Shown in pieces: positions 32,661-40,000 of a DNA stretch of 40,000 nt (positions are counted from its first letter, which is position 1; every line of letters starts with the position of its first letter). The position numbers and the translations under genes were made by a program. This stretch comes from an uncultured bacterium (lineage in GTDB: Bacteria; Patescibacteriota; Saccharimonadia; Saccharimonadales; Saccharimonadaceae). The notes under the pieces were generated by a model. It saw only the letters and a list, made by a program, of their open reading frames with translations. It did not search any database and was not told the origin of the DNA. The stretch spans positions 1 through 40,000 of the forward strand of contig CBFGLU010000001.1 of the NCBI GenBank assembly GCA_965649685.1, in the 5' to 3' direction.

Positions 32661-33314
32661 GTCTATGGCGCGTGCCAGCCAGACGCCGTTGGCAAGCATG
32701 ACGTCAAGTAGTTCACTGGAAAGATGACTCTTCTCCGAATAAACATATAGGGCATCACCGGTAATCTCGATTACGAGGCCTTTGAAGTGAGCACCGATCT
32801 TTTCGGCTACCTGTGGCGTGATGACACGTTCGGCATCAATCACATGGGAAGGAGTGACATAGACACTATAATGTGACGTAAAATTATCAGGATACGTAGA
32901 TGTCACGTTCATACCGGCGGGTGTCAGTTTAGGATACTTCGTCTGAAGCAGGTGATGGAAGCCATACCCATGGCTGGACGAGCCGATGAACATATGCGGT
33001 AGGTCGCTCTGCGTCTTCAGGTCGAATTCCATGATGTGCCAGCGGTGGTGCTTACCCTTCTGTATCGAATCTGTTCGCTCGACGAACACGACGTCGTAGC
33101 CGTGTACGGTACCAATGCAGTAATGATCGTCAATGTGCTTGGTCGACACGGTCAGGCCTCGCACGATATGATGCTCGTCGCTGCGTTGACTGACGGATCC
33201 GAAGTATACCAGTCCTGCACGGTCGGCGAATCGTTCCACTAACCGTCGCATCATCTTGGTGCGCGGCAACAGGGAGCGAGGTATGACAACTTCTAGTCGT
33301 GAACGCTTATACAT
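32640..33314 (-). CDS. Conserved-looking hypothetical protein (224 aa), translationally coupled to the GH15 gene
   Basis: Its ATG lies inside the 8-nt overlap ATGTATAA with the GH15 stop. It is His-rich and soluble. The C-terminal segment NFTSHYSVYVTPSHVIDAERVITPQVAEKI is faintly reminiscent of DUF3137-type proteins (memory only, unverified). Confidence 0.65.
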   Translation of the reverse strand: MYKRSRLEVVIPRSLLPRTKMMRRLVERFADRAGLVYFGSVSQRSDEHHIVRGLTVSTKHIDDHYCIGTVHGYDVVFVERTDSIQKGKHHRWHIMEFDLKTQSDLPHMFIGSSSHGYGFHHLLQTKYPKLTPAGMNVTSTYPDNFTSHYSVYVTPSHVIDAERVITPQVAEKIGAHFKGLVIEITGDALYVYSEKSHLSSELLDVMLANGVWLARAIDENSQSQ

Positions 33315-35262
33315 GGTGACCGTCCTTTACGGCCATGGTGTCGAGCAGTGTCGCCATATACTCGGCATGGCTCCACACCAGTGGGGATACCGATACGGCC
33401 CTGGCGGTATCTGGGTCGATCTGTTCGGATAGCATGCCGGAGCTTGCTCCGTGCGATTCCACCCATTCCAACACCTCTTCGGTTAAGCGCCTGTCGCCGA
33501 GCTCCGTTCCATACTGTCCAAGCCATAAGGTCGTGATGAACCACCAGTTGCCAGGTAGGCTTGGGTTCATGCGATGGTAGTAATCGTTCTCGTAACGAGG
33601 TAGACCTGCGACGGTCTTTCCCTCTATGAAGATGTTTCGGATGGCGTCCAGCGTGCGTCGGACTTCATCACCGTCGGGTTCGAACAGGCCGAACATGAAG
33701 GCACCGTAAAAACTGGATAGATCGAGGGTCGTGTCCCTGTCGTAGCCATCGTCGTTAGGACGGAGACCTTTTATTAGTAAGCCTCGGCCTTGATCGAACA
33801 GGTGCTTATGGGCGGCTAACTTGATGTCGTCTGCAGCCGAGCGCCATCGTACGGCAGAATCCGGGTCTTCCGCTTCCTCCGCTAGCTCGGCAGCGGCTTC
33901 CAGCGCGGCATATACGACCGACGTCGTGTAAGTCGATGTGATGAAGTTCTCTTCCCATAGATCATAGCTTGGGCGTGGCAACCCGGTCGTCTCATCGGTG
34001 TAGCTGCATAGGAAATCGGCCATTTTTGCGATGAAGCTATCATAAAATTCTACCAGCAGCTTCCGATCTTTCTGAATGTGGTAGAACTGGGTGAACATGA
34101 AGAGCACCAGTGCGGTCTCATCTTCCTGGATCGGCGGCGCCGTCGTGTTGCCATGCACGTATGGATGCCAGCTTGATCCTAGCGCACCATCGGCCTGGTA
34201 TTTGTGCATCAGATAACCGCTGGCATGGAGGCCGCGTCGGCAGAATTCGAAGAAGCGCCGTGGCTCCGATACGTAACCAAGTCGAATAAGCGGCCACAAT
34301 GCGTAGGCTCCATCGCGCGGCCAGCAGTAGGCGTAGGCATCACGCGAATAGTTCAGCATGGAAGTATCGGTGCTGGCGATGACCGCGCCGCGTTTGTCGG
34401 TATGAGCCTTCACGACCAACGCGCTATGCATGAACAAACGACGCCGGTGCTCCGGTAGCTTCTCGCTGACTTTCCGTACCGGTTCGATCCATTCATGCCA
34501 CCATAAGGCGCTGGTATTAAGGTAATGGTCGAGGCCGTTCTCGCGGACGTTCTTGTGGACGTACAAGGCTTCACGGGTAGAAGTGCCGGCCGCGATCCAG
34601 TAATGGACGCGGGCCGATTCATGGGCGGCGAGTTCCAGACGGAAACGGATGGTCGAGTCGACACGGCCATGCTCAACGTTACCGCCTTCCAGCTCGCCAT
34701 CGTCGGCATCGCGATAGGTACCTTCGCGTCCCTCGATACCCGAAAGACCGACCGTATGCTGGTCGAAAGGATCACCGTTGGCGGTACGGCCTCCAATGAC
34801 GAAAGCGCGTCGGCCGCGGTAATGTAGCACGGCGTCGCTATCTGGAAGATACTGTGCCGTATCGGTATTGCTGCGCGTGTCACCGATGGCGAAAGCCTGC
34901 CTCATGAACAGGCGGATGTCTCGTTGGTTCGATCTGTCGTTGATGACATGGATATTACGAAGCAGCACGCTTATTTCGGTATCGACCACGTCGTCGAACT
35001 CAAGCACGACACCTATCTCAGGATTGTGCGCCCGGGTGTGTCCGATGAGTGCGCCTTCGGCAGTCCATGAACGGATGTTCCATTTGCCGTCATCGAGCCA
35101 ACTTATCTTGCCGTCGACCCATACGCCGATCTTATGCCGCATGTTCGCTCCGGCGCTATGGTTCTCCAGGCCGACATAAGGAAAATAGAAGTCATGAACC
35201 AGTCCGAAATCGTTCAGGCCGACATGCAGCTCACCGTTGGAAAGAACGATCGGCCTAGCCAT
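33307..35262 (-). CDS. Glycoside hydrolase family 15 (glucoamylase/glucodextranase-like)
   Basis: 651 aa. GH15 (alpha/alpha)6 signatures YCWPRDGAYALWP and SEQID...PLVWSHAEYMATL. An N-terminal beta-sandwich-type region is present. Confidence 0.88.
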   Translation of the reverse strand: MARPIVLSNGELHVGLNDFGLVHDFYFPYVGLENHSAGANMRHKIGVWVDGKISWLDDGKWNIRSWTAEGALIGHTRAHNPEIGVVLEFDDVVDTEISVLLRNIHVINDRSNQRDIRLFMRQAFAIGDTRSNTDTAQYLPDSDAVLHYRGRRAFVIGGRTANGDPFDQHTVGLSGIEGREGTYRDADDGELEGGNVEHGRVDSTIRFRLELAAHESARVHYWIAAGTSTREALYVHKNVRENGLDHYLNTSALWWHEWIEPVRKVSEKLPEHRRRLFMHSALVVKAHTDKRGAVIASTDTSMLNYSRDAYAYCWPRDGAYALWPLIRLGYVSEPRRFFEFCRRGLHASGYLMHKYQADGALGSSWHPYVHGNTTAPPIQEDETALVLFMFTQFYHIQKDRKLLVEFYDSFIAKMADFLCSYTDETTGLPRPSYDLWEENFITSTYTTSVVYAALEAAAELAEEAEDPDSAVRWRSAADDIKLAAHKHLFDQGRGLLIKGLRPNDDGYDRDTTLDLSSFYGAFMFGLFEPDGDEVRRTLDAIRNIFIEGKTVAGLPRYENDYYHRMNPSLPGNWWFITTLWLGQYGTELGDRRLTEEVLEWVESHGASSGMLSEQIDPDTARAVSVSPLVWSHAEYMATLLDTMAVKDGHHV

Positions 35263-36481
35263 GTCCGCCTCCGGTATGATGGTAGGCCATCAGTCGGTAG
35301 CGCATGTCGCGAATGGCATTCATAAAGAACAGGAAGGCATCGTAAGGGGAATCGTAAGGACTGAAGTACGCATGGACATCCCCATCGGTGAACCACTTGG
35401 TGCACATGTAGTACACGTGATCGGATGTCTGCAATTTACGCCAGTCTGAAATGAGCATCAGGTCGTTAGAACGCAGGACGTCATGCTCCAGTGCGTACAG
35501 GTGCCGCAAGGCTTCCTGCTGCATGCCGTTACCTAGCCACGCGGTGAGATCGCGTTCGCTGTCGGCCCAGGTGACCGTGTGTGGCATCGAGATGTCTCCG
35601 GCCGGATCGAATGCGTCGGCCGCTTCGGACACGGTGTAGAACGTTGCGTCTTCACGGCTTAACCAATCGGCGACGAAATGTTCGAAGAAGTCGAAGATAC
35701 CGGTGTCGGCCCATTGATGTTCACCAAAGGTCTCGTAGTCCATGAACAGATTGATGAGAGGGCCGTTACCGTTGGCCGAGTCTAGCCAATGTGCGTACGT
35801 CTGTGATGACAGCGGCCATTGCTGCCAATCGCGGTTCGAGAAGCGGAACGCGACGTCATCGCTTAAACGATAGTTTTTCAAAAGCAACTTGGTAGTTTCG
35901 GCTCCCGGTGCGGTATATACGTGGTTCGGGCTACGCCACTCCAGTACTGGATCCCATCCTTCGGCCAAGATCGCTTTGTAACCTTGTTCGTCGGCCCACT
36001 TGGCCAGTTCGTCGTTGTAGGCTAACTCCGTATTTCGGAACGCAGTCGGCGTGACGCCGAACAGTTGCTCGACCTTCTCCTTGTGCATGGTGACCTGACG
36101 CTCGAACTCTTCGCGGCTATAGAAAAAGGCAAGGGAGTGGTAGTACGTTTCGGCCACGATCTCAACGCGGCCGGTCGCAGTCAGACGACGGAAACTCTCA
36201 AGTACTTCGGGCGCCCATCGCTCACATTGCTCGATGAACGTGCCGGTGATGCTGAGCGAAACCTTGAAGTCAGGATGACGTTCCAACAGGCGCTCAAGTA
36301 ACGCGTTCATTGGAATGTATGATTTGTCGGCGACTTTATCGAGCACCTTACGGTTGTTGCGGTCATTGTCGGCGCTACCCGCGAAGTAGTCGTGCCGGTA
36401 CGCCGTATCGAACACCGAATAATCACGTACCCGCCAGGGCTGGTGAACATGAAGATACAAGGCGATGCCACGCTTGCTCAT
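35255..36481 (-). CDS. Glycoside hydrolase family 57 (alpha-amylase / alpha-glucan-processing enzyme)
   Basis: GH57 signatures ALYLHVHQPWR and DYETFGEHQW. An 8-nt overlap (ATGGCTAG) with the GH15 start. Confidence 0.88.
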   Translation of the reverse strand: MSKRGIALYLHVHQPWRVRDYSVFDTAYRHDYFAGSADNDRNNRKVLDKVADKSYIPMNALLERLLERHPDFKVSLSITGTFIEQCERWAPEVLESFRRLTATGRVEIVAETYYHSLAFFYSREEFERQVTMHKEKVEQLFGVTPTAFRNTELAYNDELAKWADEQGYKAILAEGWDPVLEWRSPNHVYTAPGAETTKLLLKNYRLSDDVAFRFSNRDWQQWPLSSQTYAHWLDSANGNGPLINLFMDYETFGEHQWADTGIFDFFEHFVADWLSREDATFYTVSEAADAFDPAGDISMPHTVTWADSERDLTAWLGNGMQQEALRHLYALEHDVLRSNDLMLISDWRKLQTSDHVYYMCTKWFTDGDVHAYFSPYDSPYDAFLFFMNAIRDMRYRLMAYHHTGGGHG

Positions 36482-37698
36482 GCGTAGGCCCCTTCTCGTA
36501 ACTTGCGGTAAAGTCCCAGGCAGCGCTGAGCCACGTCATGCCACGAAAGACGCACGTATTCCTGCTTCACACCTTCGGTAAGCTCGCGCTTCAAAGTAGG
36601 TGAGGCGGCGATTCCTACCAATTGATCGGCCAGACGGTCGGTATCCCAGAAGTCGAAACGGAAGATGCTATGCAGCACCTCGCCTACGCCTGATTGTTTC
36701 GAGATGATGAGGGCGTTGTCGTGATGGGCAGCCTCAAGCGCGGTCAGACCGAATGGTTCCGATACCGAGCTCATGACGAAGATATCAGCCACGCAGTAAG
36801 CGTCACGCCATTGCTTACCTCGTACGAAACCGGTAAAGAATACCTTGTCGGAAATACCCAGGTCGGCGCTAAGGCGTAGCAATTCATCTCGCTGTTCACC
36901 GTCGCCTGCCAGTAGGAAGACGAGCTTATCGTAGCGTTCACATGCCCGTGCGGCAGCTTTCATGAAATGCGTCAGTCCCTTTTGAATGGTAAACCGTGTC
37001 ACCGTGGCGACGACCGTGAAGCCCTCCTGCTTCAGGTGCTCCAGGTATTTGTAGGTGCGCATGTCGTAGTGATAATCGGTCAGCTCATTGGTATCAAGCG
37101 CATTGTGCATCACCTCTACCTTGTCGGCCGGAATGTTATATCGCTGTACGATGATGCTCTTTGTGATGTTCGAGACCGCGATGATGCGGTCGGCCATCAA
37201 CAAGCCTTGTTGCTCGATCTCATGCACTACCAGATTACCGCTATGCTCACCGGATCGGTCATACTCCGTGGCATGCACGTGTACTATCAAAGGCGCGCCG
37301 GTAAGATGCTTCGCCTTCATGCCGGCTTCCATCGTAAGCCAGTCGTGCGCATGGATAGCGTCGGGAGTGACGGTTTCAAGCAGTTCTTCCACGAATTCTT
37401 CATAGCGAGCCTGGACGTCACGGATGCCGGTAAGATGACGAGTAGTTTTAGCCTTCGTGCCTATCCCCGTGACTTCTGCGCTATCATATGCGCCCATGCC
37501 GTTCCGGTGCAGAGGTTCAAGCGGGGTGGCGCCGTGAATACGCATGAATGATGCATCCGGGTGGTGTGCGGTGTAGGGAACCACGAAGTCGATAGAAGCT
37601 CCGTTCTCGGCGAGCGCCTTAGACATGTAATAGCACGCGACACCCAGCCCACCACTATTGTGAGGCGGTAGTTCCCACCCTAGCATCAAAATGTTCAT
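36478..37698 (-). CDS. GT4/GT-B glycosyltransferase, glycogen-synthase-like
   Basis: MNILMLGWELPPHNSGGLGVACYYMSKAL and the donor-binding motif SVSEPFGLTALEAAHH. ATGA overlap with the GH57 gene. Confidence 0.85.
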   Translation of the reverse strand: MNILMLGWELPPHNSGGLGVACYYMSKALAENGASIDFVVPYTAHHPDASFMRIHGATPLEPLHRNGMGAYDSAEVTGIGTKAKTTRHLTGIRDVQARYEEFVEELLETVTPDAIHAHDWLTMEAGMKAKHLTGAPLIVHVHATEYDRSGEHSGNLVVHEIEQQGLLMADRIIAVSNITKSIIVQRYNIPADKVEVMHNALDTNELTDYHYDMRTYKYLEHLKQEGFTVVATVTRFTIQKGLTHFMKAAARACERYDKLVFLLAGDGEQRDELLRLSADLGISDKVFFTGFVRGKQWRDAYCVADIFVMSSVSEPFGLTALEAAHHDNALIISKQSGVGEVLHSIFRFDFWDTDRLADQLVGIAASPTLKRELTEGVKQEYVRLSWHDVAQRCLGLYRKLREGAYA

Positions 37699-37758
37699 GC
37701 CGCGTTACTGGATACCGGTGCGGTGTCCGTGCCTCCTATTTCTTTTATCCTGGTTGGC

Positions 37759-37787
37759 ATTATACGGAACTGCTTATGGTTCATCAA
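37759..37787 (-). promoter_or_regulatory. Promoter of the glucan operon (TTGATG-17-TATAAT)
   Basis: Minus strand reads cgcTTGATGaaccataagcagttccgTATAAT. The leader is about 55 nt. Confidence 0.55.
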
Positions 37788-37809
37788 GCGATTTACAACG
37801 TTTCTTTGT

Positions 37810-37837
37810 TTGATTCTACCTCTGGTTTCGTTACAAT
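37810..37837 (+). promoter_or_regulatory. Promoter of the MscS-family gene (TTGATT-16-TACAAT), 9 nt upstream of the ATG
   Basis: TTGATT at 37810-37815, TACAAT at 37832-37837, ATG at 37847. Confidence 0.5.
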
Positions 37838-37846
37838 TGTCTAAGT

Positions 37847-38800
37847 ATGATGTCAGATGATTTTTTCACCCAGTCCAGCCAGGAGCTCATGACGTTCCTC
37901 ACCAGTCCTAACCCCTATCGGTCGATCCTCGTATTAATCCTTTCGGTCATTATTACGTACTGGCTCAGCCGCTTCGTGGCGAAGTTCATCATTATTATCG
38001 CTCAGCGTGTCGCGACCCGTTCCGACAACGAGTCGAATACCCTGAAAGCCATCCGTTTGCGACAGGTTGAAACCTACCTGGGCGTGACCGTGGCCATGGT
38101 GCGGGTCATCATCGTCGCCGTGGTGGCGTATGCCGTCTGGCGCATTCTTAGCCCCGAGGGAAGCAAGCAGCTCGGAGGCAGTGGCGCGGCGGCCATCGGT
38201 GCCAGTGCCATCTTCATCGTGGTGGCCGGTCAGACCATCGGCACCATTTTGCGCGACATCACCGCGGGTTCCATCATGATCGCCGAACGTTGGTTCCAGG
38301 TGGGGGACTATATCAAGATCGAGCCGTTCTGGGACGTCACCGGCGTAGTCGAACGCCTGACGCTCCGTTCTACGAAGGTGCGCTCGCTTAGCGGCGAAGT
38401 AGTATGGGTGCACAACCAAAAGATCGACGCGGTTCATGTGTCACCGAACGGTGTGCGCACCATCGCCGTGGACGTACTGGTGAATGACAAAGAGAACGGC
38501 GAGAAACTGGTGAAGAACGCGATCGGCAAGCTTCCTACGGGTACGCTGTTGGTCGTCGAGAAGCTGAAGATCGTCGAGTCGGTCAAATGGGGCGATGACC
38601 TCCACATGCTGACGGTGCAGGGCAAAACCGTTCCTGGTCGCGAATGGCTGATTGAGAATTACTTCGTGAAGGCCCTTGAAACCGAGAACGCTCGGTTCTT
38701 GAAGAAAGACCGCCCGATGACGGGCGAACCACTGGTGCGCTTTGCCGATCCTGACACGGAACGCCGTTTCCGTCGCGCAGTGCGCCTACAGAACAAGTAG
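37847..38800 (+). CDS. Mechanosensitive ion channel, MscS family
   Basis: Three N-terminal TM helices plus the MscS beta-domain motif FQVGDYIKIEPFWDVTGVVERLTLRSTKVRSLSGEVVWVHNQKI. Confidence 0.85.
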   Translation: MMSDDFFTQSSQELMTFLTSPNPYRSILVLILSVIITYWLSRFVAKFIIIIAQRVATRSDNESNTLKAIRLRQVETYLGVTVAMVRVIIVAVVAYAVWRILSPEGSKQLGGSGAAAIGASAIFIVVAGQTIGTILRDITAGSIMIAERWFQVGDYIKIEPFWDVTGVVERLTLRSTKVRSLSGEVVWVHNQKIDAVHVSPNGVRTIAVDVLVNDKENGEKLVKNAIGKLPTGTLLVVEKLKIVESVKWGDDLHMLTVQGKTVPGREWLIENYFVKALETENARFLKKDRPMTGEPLVRFADPDTERRFRRAVRLQNK

Positions 38801-38816
38801 CCCTGAAAAGGGTTTT
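38801..38816 (+). terminator. Short hairpin plus T-run after the MscS gene
   Basis: ccct-gaaa-aggg followed by tttt. The stem is only 4 bp, so this is weak. Confidence 0.3.
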
Positions 38817-38817
38817 C

Positions 38818-38826
38818 TGCTACAAT
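38818..38826 (+). promoter_or_regulatory. Extended -10 element TGcTACAAT, 12 nt upstream of tRNA-Trp
   Basis: TG at 38818-38819 and TACAAT at 38821-38826. Confidence 0.45.
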
Positions 38827-38838
38827 CTCACGTGGCGT

Positions 38839-38915
38839 AGGAGTGTAGCTCAGGTGGCTAGAGCACCGGTCTCCAAAACCGGGTGTCGGGGGTTCGAGTC
38901 CCTCCACTCCTGCCA
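38839..38915 (+). tRNA. tRNA-Trp (anticodon CCA), 3' CCA encoded
   Basis: Acceptor aggagtg/cactcct, anticodon stem ccggt/accgg, loop ctCCAaa, T-arm ggggg-ttcgagt-ccctc. Confidence 0.9.
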
Positions 38916-38930
38916 TATTCATGTAAACTA

Positions 38931-38960
38931 ACAGGCCTCTTTTAGGGACCTGTTTTTATT
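38931..38960 (+). terminator. Rho-independent terminator after tRNA-Trp
   Basis: acaggcctc / gagggacctgt-type stem (one mismatch, one G-U pair) followed by ttttatt. Confidence 0.6.
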
Positions 38961-39003
38961 GCCCGCGTAATCATAGCCATTGATATGCCAGCCATAAGTA
39001 GTT

Positions 39004-39012
39004 TGCTATCAT
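39004..39012 (+). promoter_or_regulatory. Extended -10 element TGcTATCAT, 6 nt upstream of ATG 39019 (predicted leaderless)
   Basis: tTGcTATCATtacgctATG. Confidence 0.5.
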
Positions 39013-39018
39013 TACGCT

Positions 39019-39582
39019 ATGAAGAAAAAACTTATGCCAAAACCGCGACGTAACGCTCCTATAAAGGAACGTATTCTTTGGGTCATCATTTTCCTATTGG
39101 TCGTCGTACAGATCGTATCAGTACTTTATATCGCAAAACTATACGGCTCTCTTATGAGTGACTCGCAAGAGTCTATCTCTCGCCTGGTCAATTCAGTGGA
39201 AGAGAGACGATACGTACATCCGGTAATAAGCGTGAGCGAGGGCAGGGTGTACATACCGGAAGCGCGAATCTACCTACCTCTCAACGACACGAGTCGACAC
39301 TTACGATATGAATATGTCAGTTTCGCTCACGACACGAAAAAGCTGTTTTTCAGCGTTCGGGGCGCAATAGGCCGGCAGATCGCTGACGACAACCCGAGTT
39401 GTGACAAAGTCGTTGAGCTGAGCCGTACGAAGCAATCCAATACGGAATACGTCTTCGCCGCCACGATTCGACCCACTAAGGACGGTTTACGTTATGTTTA
39501 CAAACACAAACCTTGCAGCATCTACTCGGACACCCTGAATGACGATCTTGCTGATATCGTCACGCAGGCTCGCTCGTACTAG
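39019..39582 (+). CDS. Membrane-anchored hypothetical protein (187 aa), extracytoplasmic domain with two Cys
   Basis: Basic N-terminus and one TM segment (ILWVIIFLLVVVQIVSVLYIA). No family recognised. Confidence 0.6.
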   Translation: MKKKLMPKPRRNAPIKERILWVIIFLLVVVQIVSVLYIAKLYGSLMSDSQESISRLVNSVEERRYVHPVISVSEGRVYIPEARIYLPLNDTSRHLRYEYVSFAHDTKKLFFSVRGAIGRQIADDNPSCDKVVELSRTKQSNTEYVFAATIRPTKDGLRYVYKHKPCSIYSDTLNDDLADIVTQARSY

Positions 39583-39655
39583 CCGATTACGACAGCCCTT
39601 GTCTACCCACCGATAACATGATTAGCTACGGCCAGTAACTAACGGAGGATTTGGG

Positions 39656-39850
39656 ATGTCAAAGAATAGCGTCAAAGTCGTTGAACATGGGCCTTGGGGA
39701 TTCTTCCACTTTCTTGCCTACATCGGTGCGGCAATTTATTTCATTTCTGAATCGAACGGTGGCTTCTGGGAAGTCATTCTTGGCTTATTGCAGGCGATCG
39801 TCTGGCCGGCATATGCTATCTTCCATGTCCTGAAAGCGCTCGGCGTCTAG
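39656..39850 (+). CDS. Small two-TM membrane protein (64 aa)
   Basis: SD acggagga 7 nt upstream. Two hydrophobic helices (FFHFLAYIGAAIYFI and VILGLLQAIVWPAYAIFHVL). Confidence 0.55.
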   Translation: MSKNSVKVVEHGPWGFFHFLAYIGAAIYFISESNGGFWEVILGLLQAIVWPAYAIFHVLKALGV

Positions 39851-39908
39851 CCAGGGGCTTGTTAGTTTTCACGCTGTCATAGTGCAAGTAGCGTACGTCA
39901 TACCATTG

Positions 39909-39935
39909 TTGACACTAGTCGGTACGTGCTATAAT
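39909..39935 (+). promoter_or_regulatory. Promoter TTGACA-15-TGcTATAAT
   Basis: TTGACA at 39909-39914 and TATAAT at 39930-39935 with a perfect extended TGc. The spacer is short (15 nt). Confidence 0.5.
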
Positions 39936-39964
39936 GAAGTTACTATCAGATCGGAGGTAGTGAC

Positions 39965-40000
39965 ATGGACGAAGAGCACTCTATGAATCCAACGCCTATT
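39965..40000 (+). CDS. 5' end of an unidentified CDS that continues beyond the window
   Basis: SD ggagg lies 7 nt upstream of ATG 39965 (MDEEHSMNPTPI...). Only 12 codons are visible. Confidence 0.35.
   Translation, partial: MDEEHSMNPTPI

Noticed and set aside
1-40000. Alternative genetic code (UGA recoding, as in some CPR lineages).
   Set aside because: TGA terminates cyoA, cyoB, cyoC, the RluA-like gene and the GT4 gene exactly at conserved protein ends and in ATGA overlaps. No conserved protein requires read-through.
1-40000. CRISPR arrays, insertion sequences, integrases, prophage genes or toxin-antitoxin pairs.
   Set aside because: No spaced direct repeats, transposase or integrase-like ORFs, or inverted terminal repeats were seen. 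The only notable repeats are terminator stems and the 14-bp palindrome at 11758-11771.

Overview
This 40 kb window is dominated by the bacterial translation core. It runs fusA (5'-truncated), tuf and rpsJ, then an uninterrupted S10/spc/alpha ribosomal-protein block (rplC through rplO, secY, infA, rpmJ, rpsM-K-D, rpoA, rplQ, rplM, rpsI). After that come trpS, an RluA-type pseudouridine synthase, holB, a tRNA-Thr/Tyr/Thr cluster, rpmG and tRNA-Trp. The genetic code is standard: TGA serves as the stop in several overlapping gene junctions. No rRNA, CRISPR array, transposase or phage genes were recognised.

Several non-canonical insertions interrupt this block:
- **Respiratory module (1.8-8.75 kb, between fusA and tuf).** It has its own promoter and encodes a secreted coiled-coil protein, a truncated type IV pilin-like protein, cyoABCD (a quinol oxidase with no CuA ligands), cyoE and a type II NADH dehydrogenase.
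- **Isolated rpsJ.** It is separated from both tuf and rplC by terminators and three small orphan genes.
- **No L30 gene.** The rpsE stop overlaps the rplO start, a trait known for CPR/Patescibacteria. The adk-map pair usually found after secY is replaced by a sortase-fold gene whose catalytic His and Cys positions read Arg and Ser.
- **Alpha-glucan cassette on the minus strand.** Four translationally coupled genes encode GT4, GH57, GH15 and an unknown 224-aa protein.
- **Thiol-redox pair.** A CcdA homologue sits next to a membrane-anchored thioredoxin.

Other notable points:
- The visible part of EF-G carries NKIN instead of the NKxD guanine-specificity motif and lacks the SAxK-type G5 motif. 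EF-Tu next door is canonical.
- Many non-ribosomal genes have a -10 box, often extended (TGnTAnnnT), only 6-11 nt upstream of the ATG with no Shine-Dalgarno sequence. This suggests leaderless mRNAs.
- S14, L36 and L33 are all cysteine-free forms.

The taxonomic guess of a CPR organism, possibly Saccharibacteria-like, is inference only.
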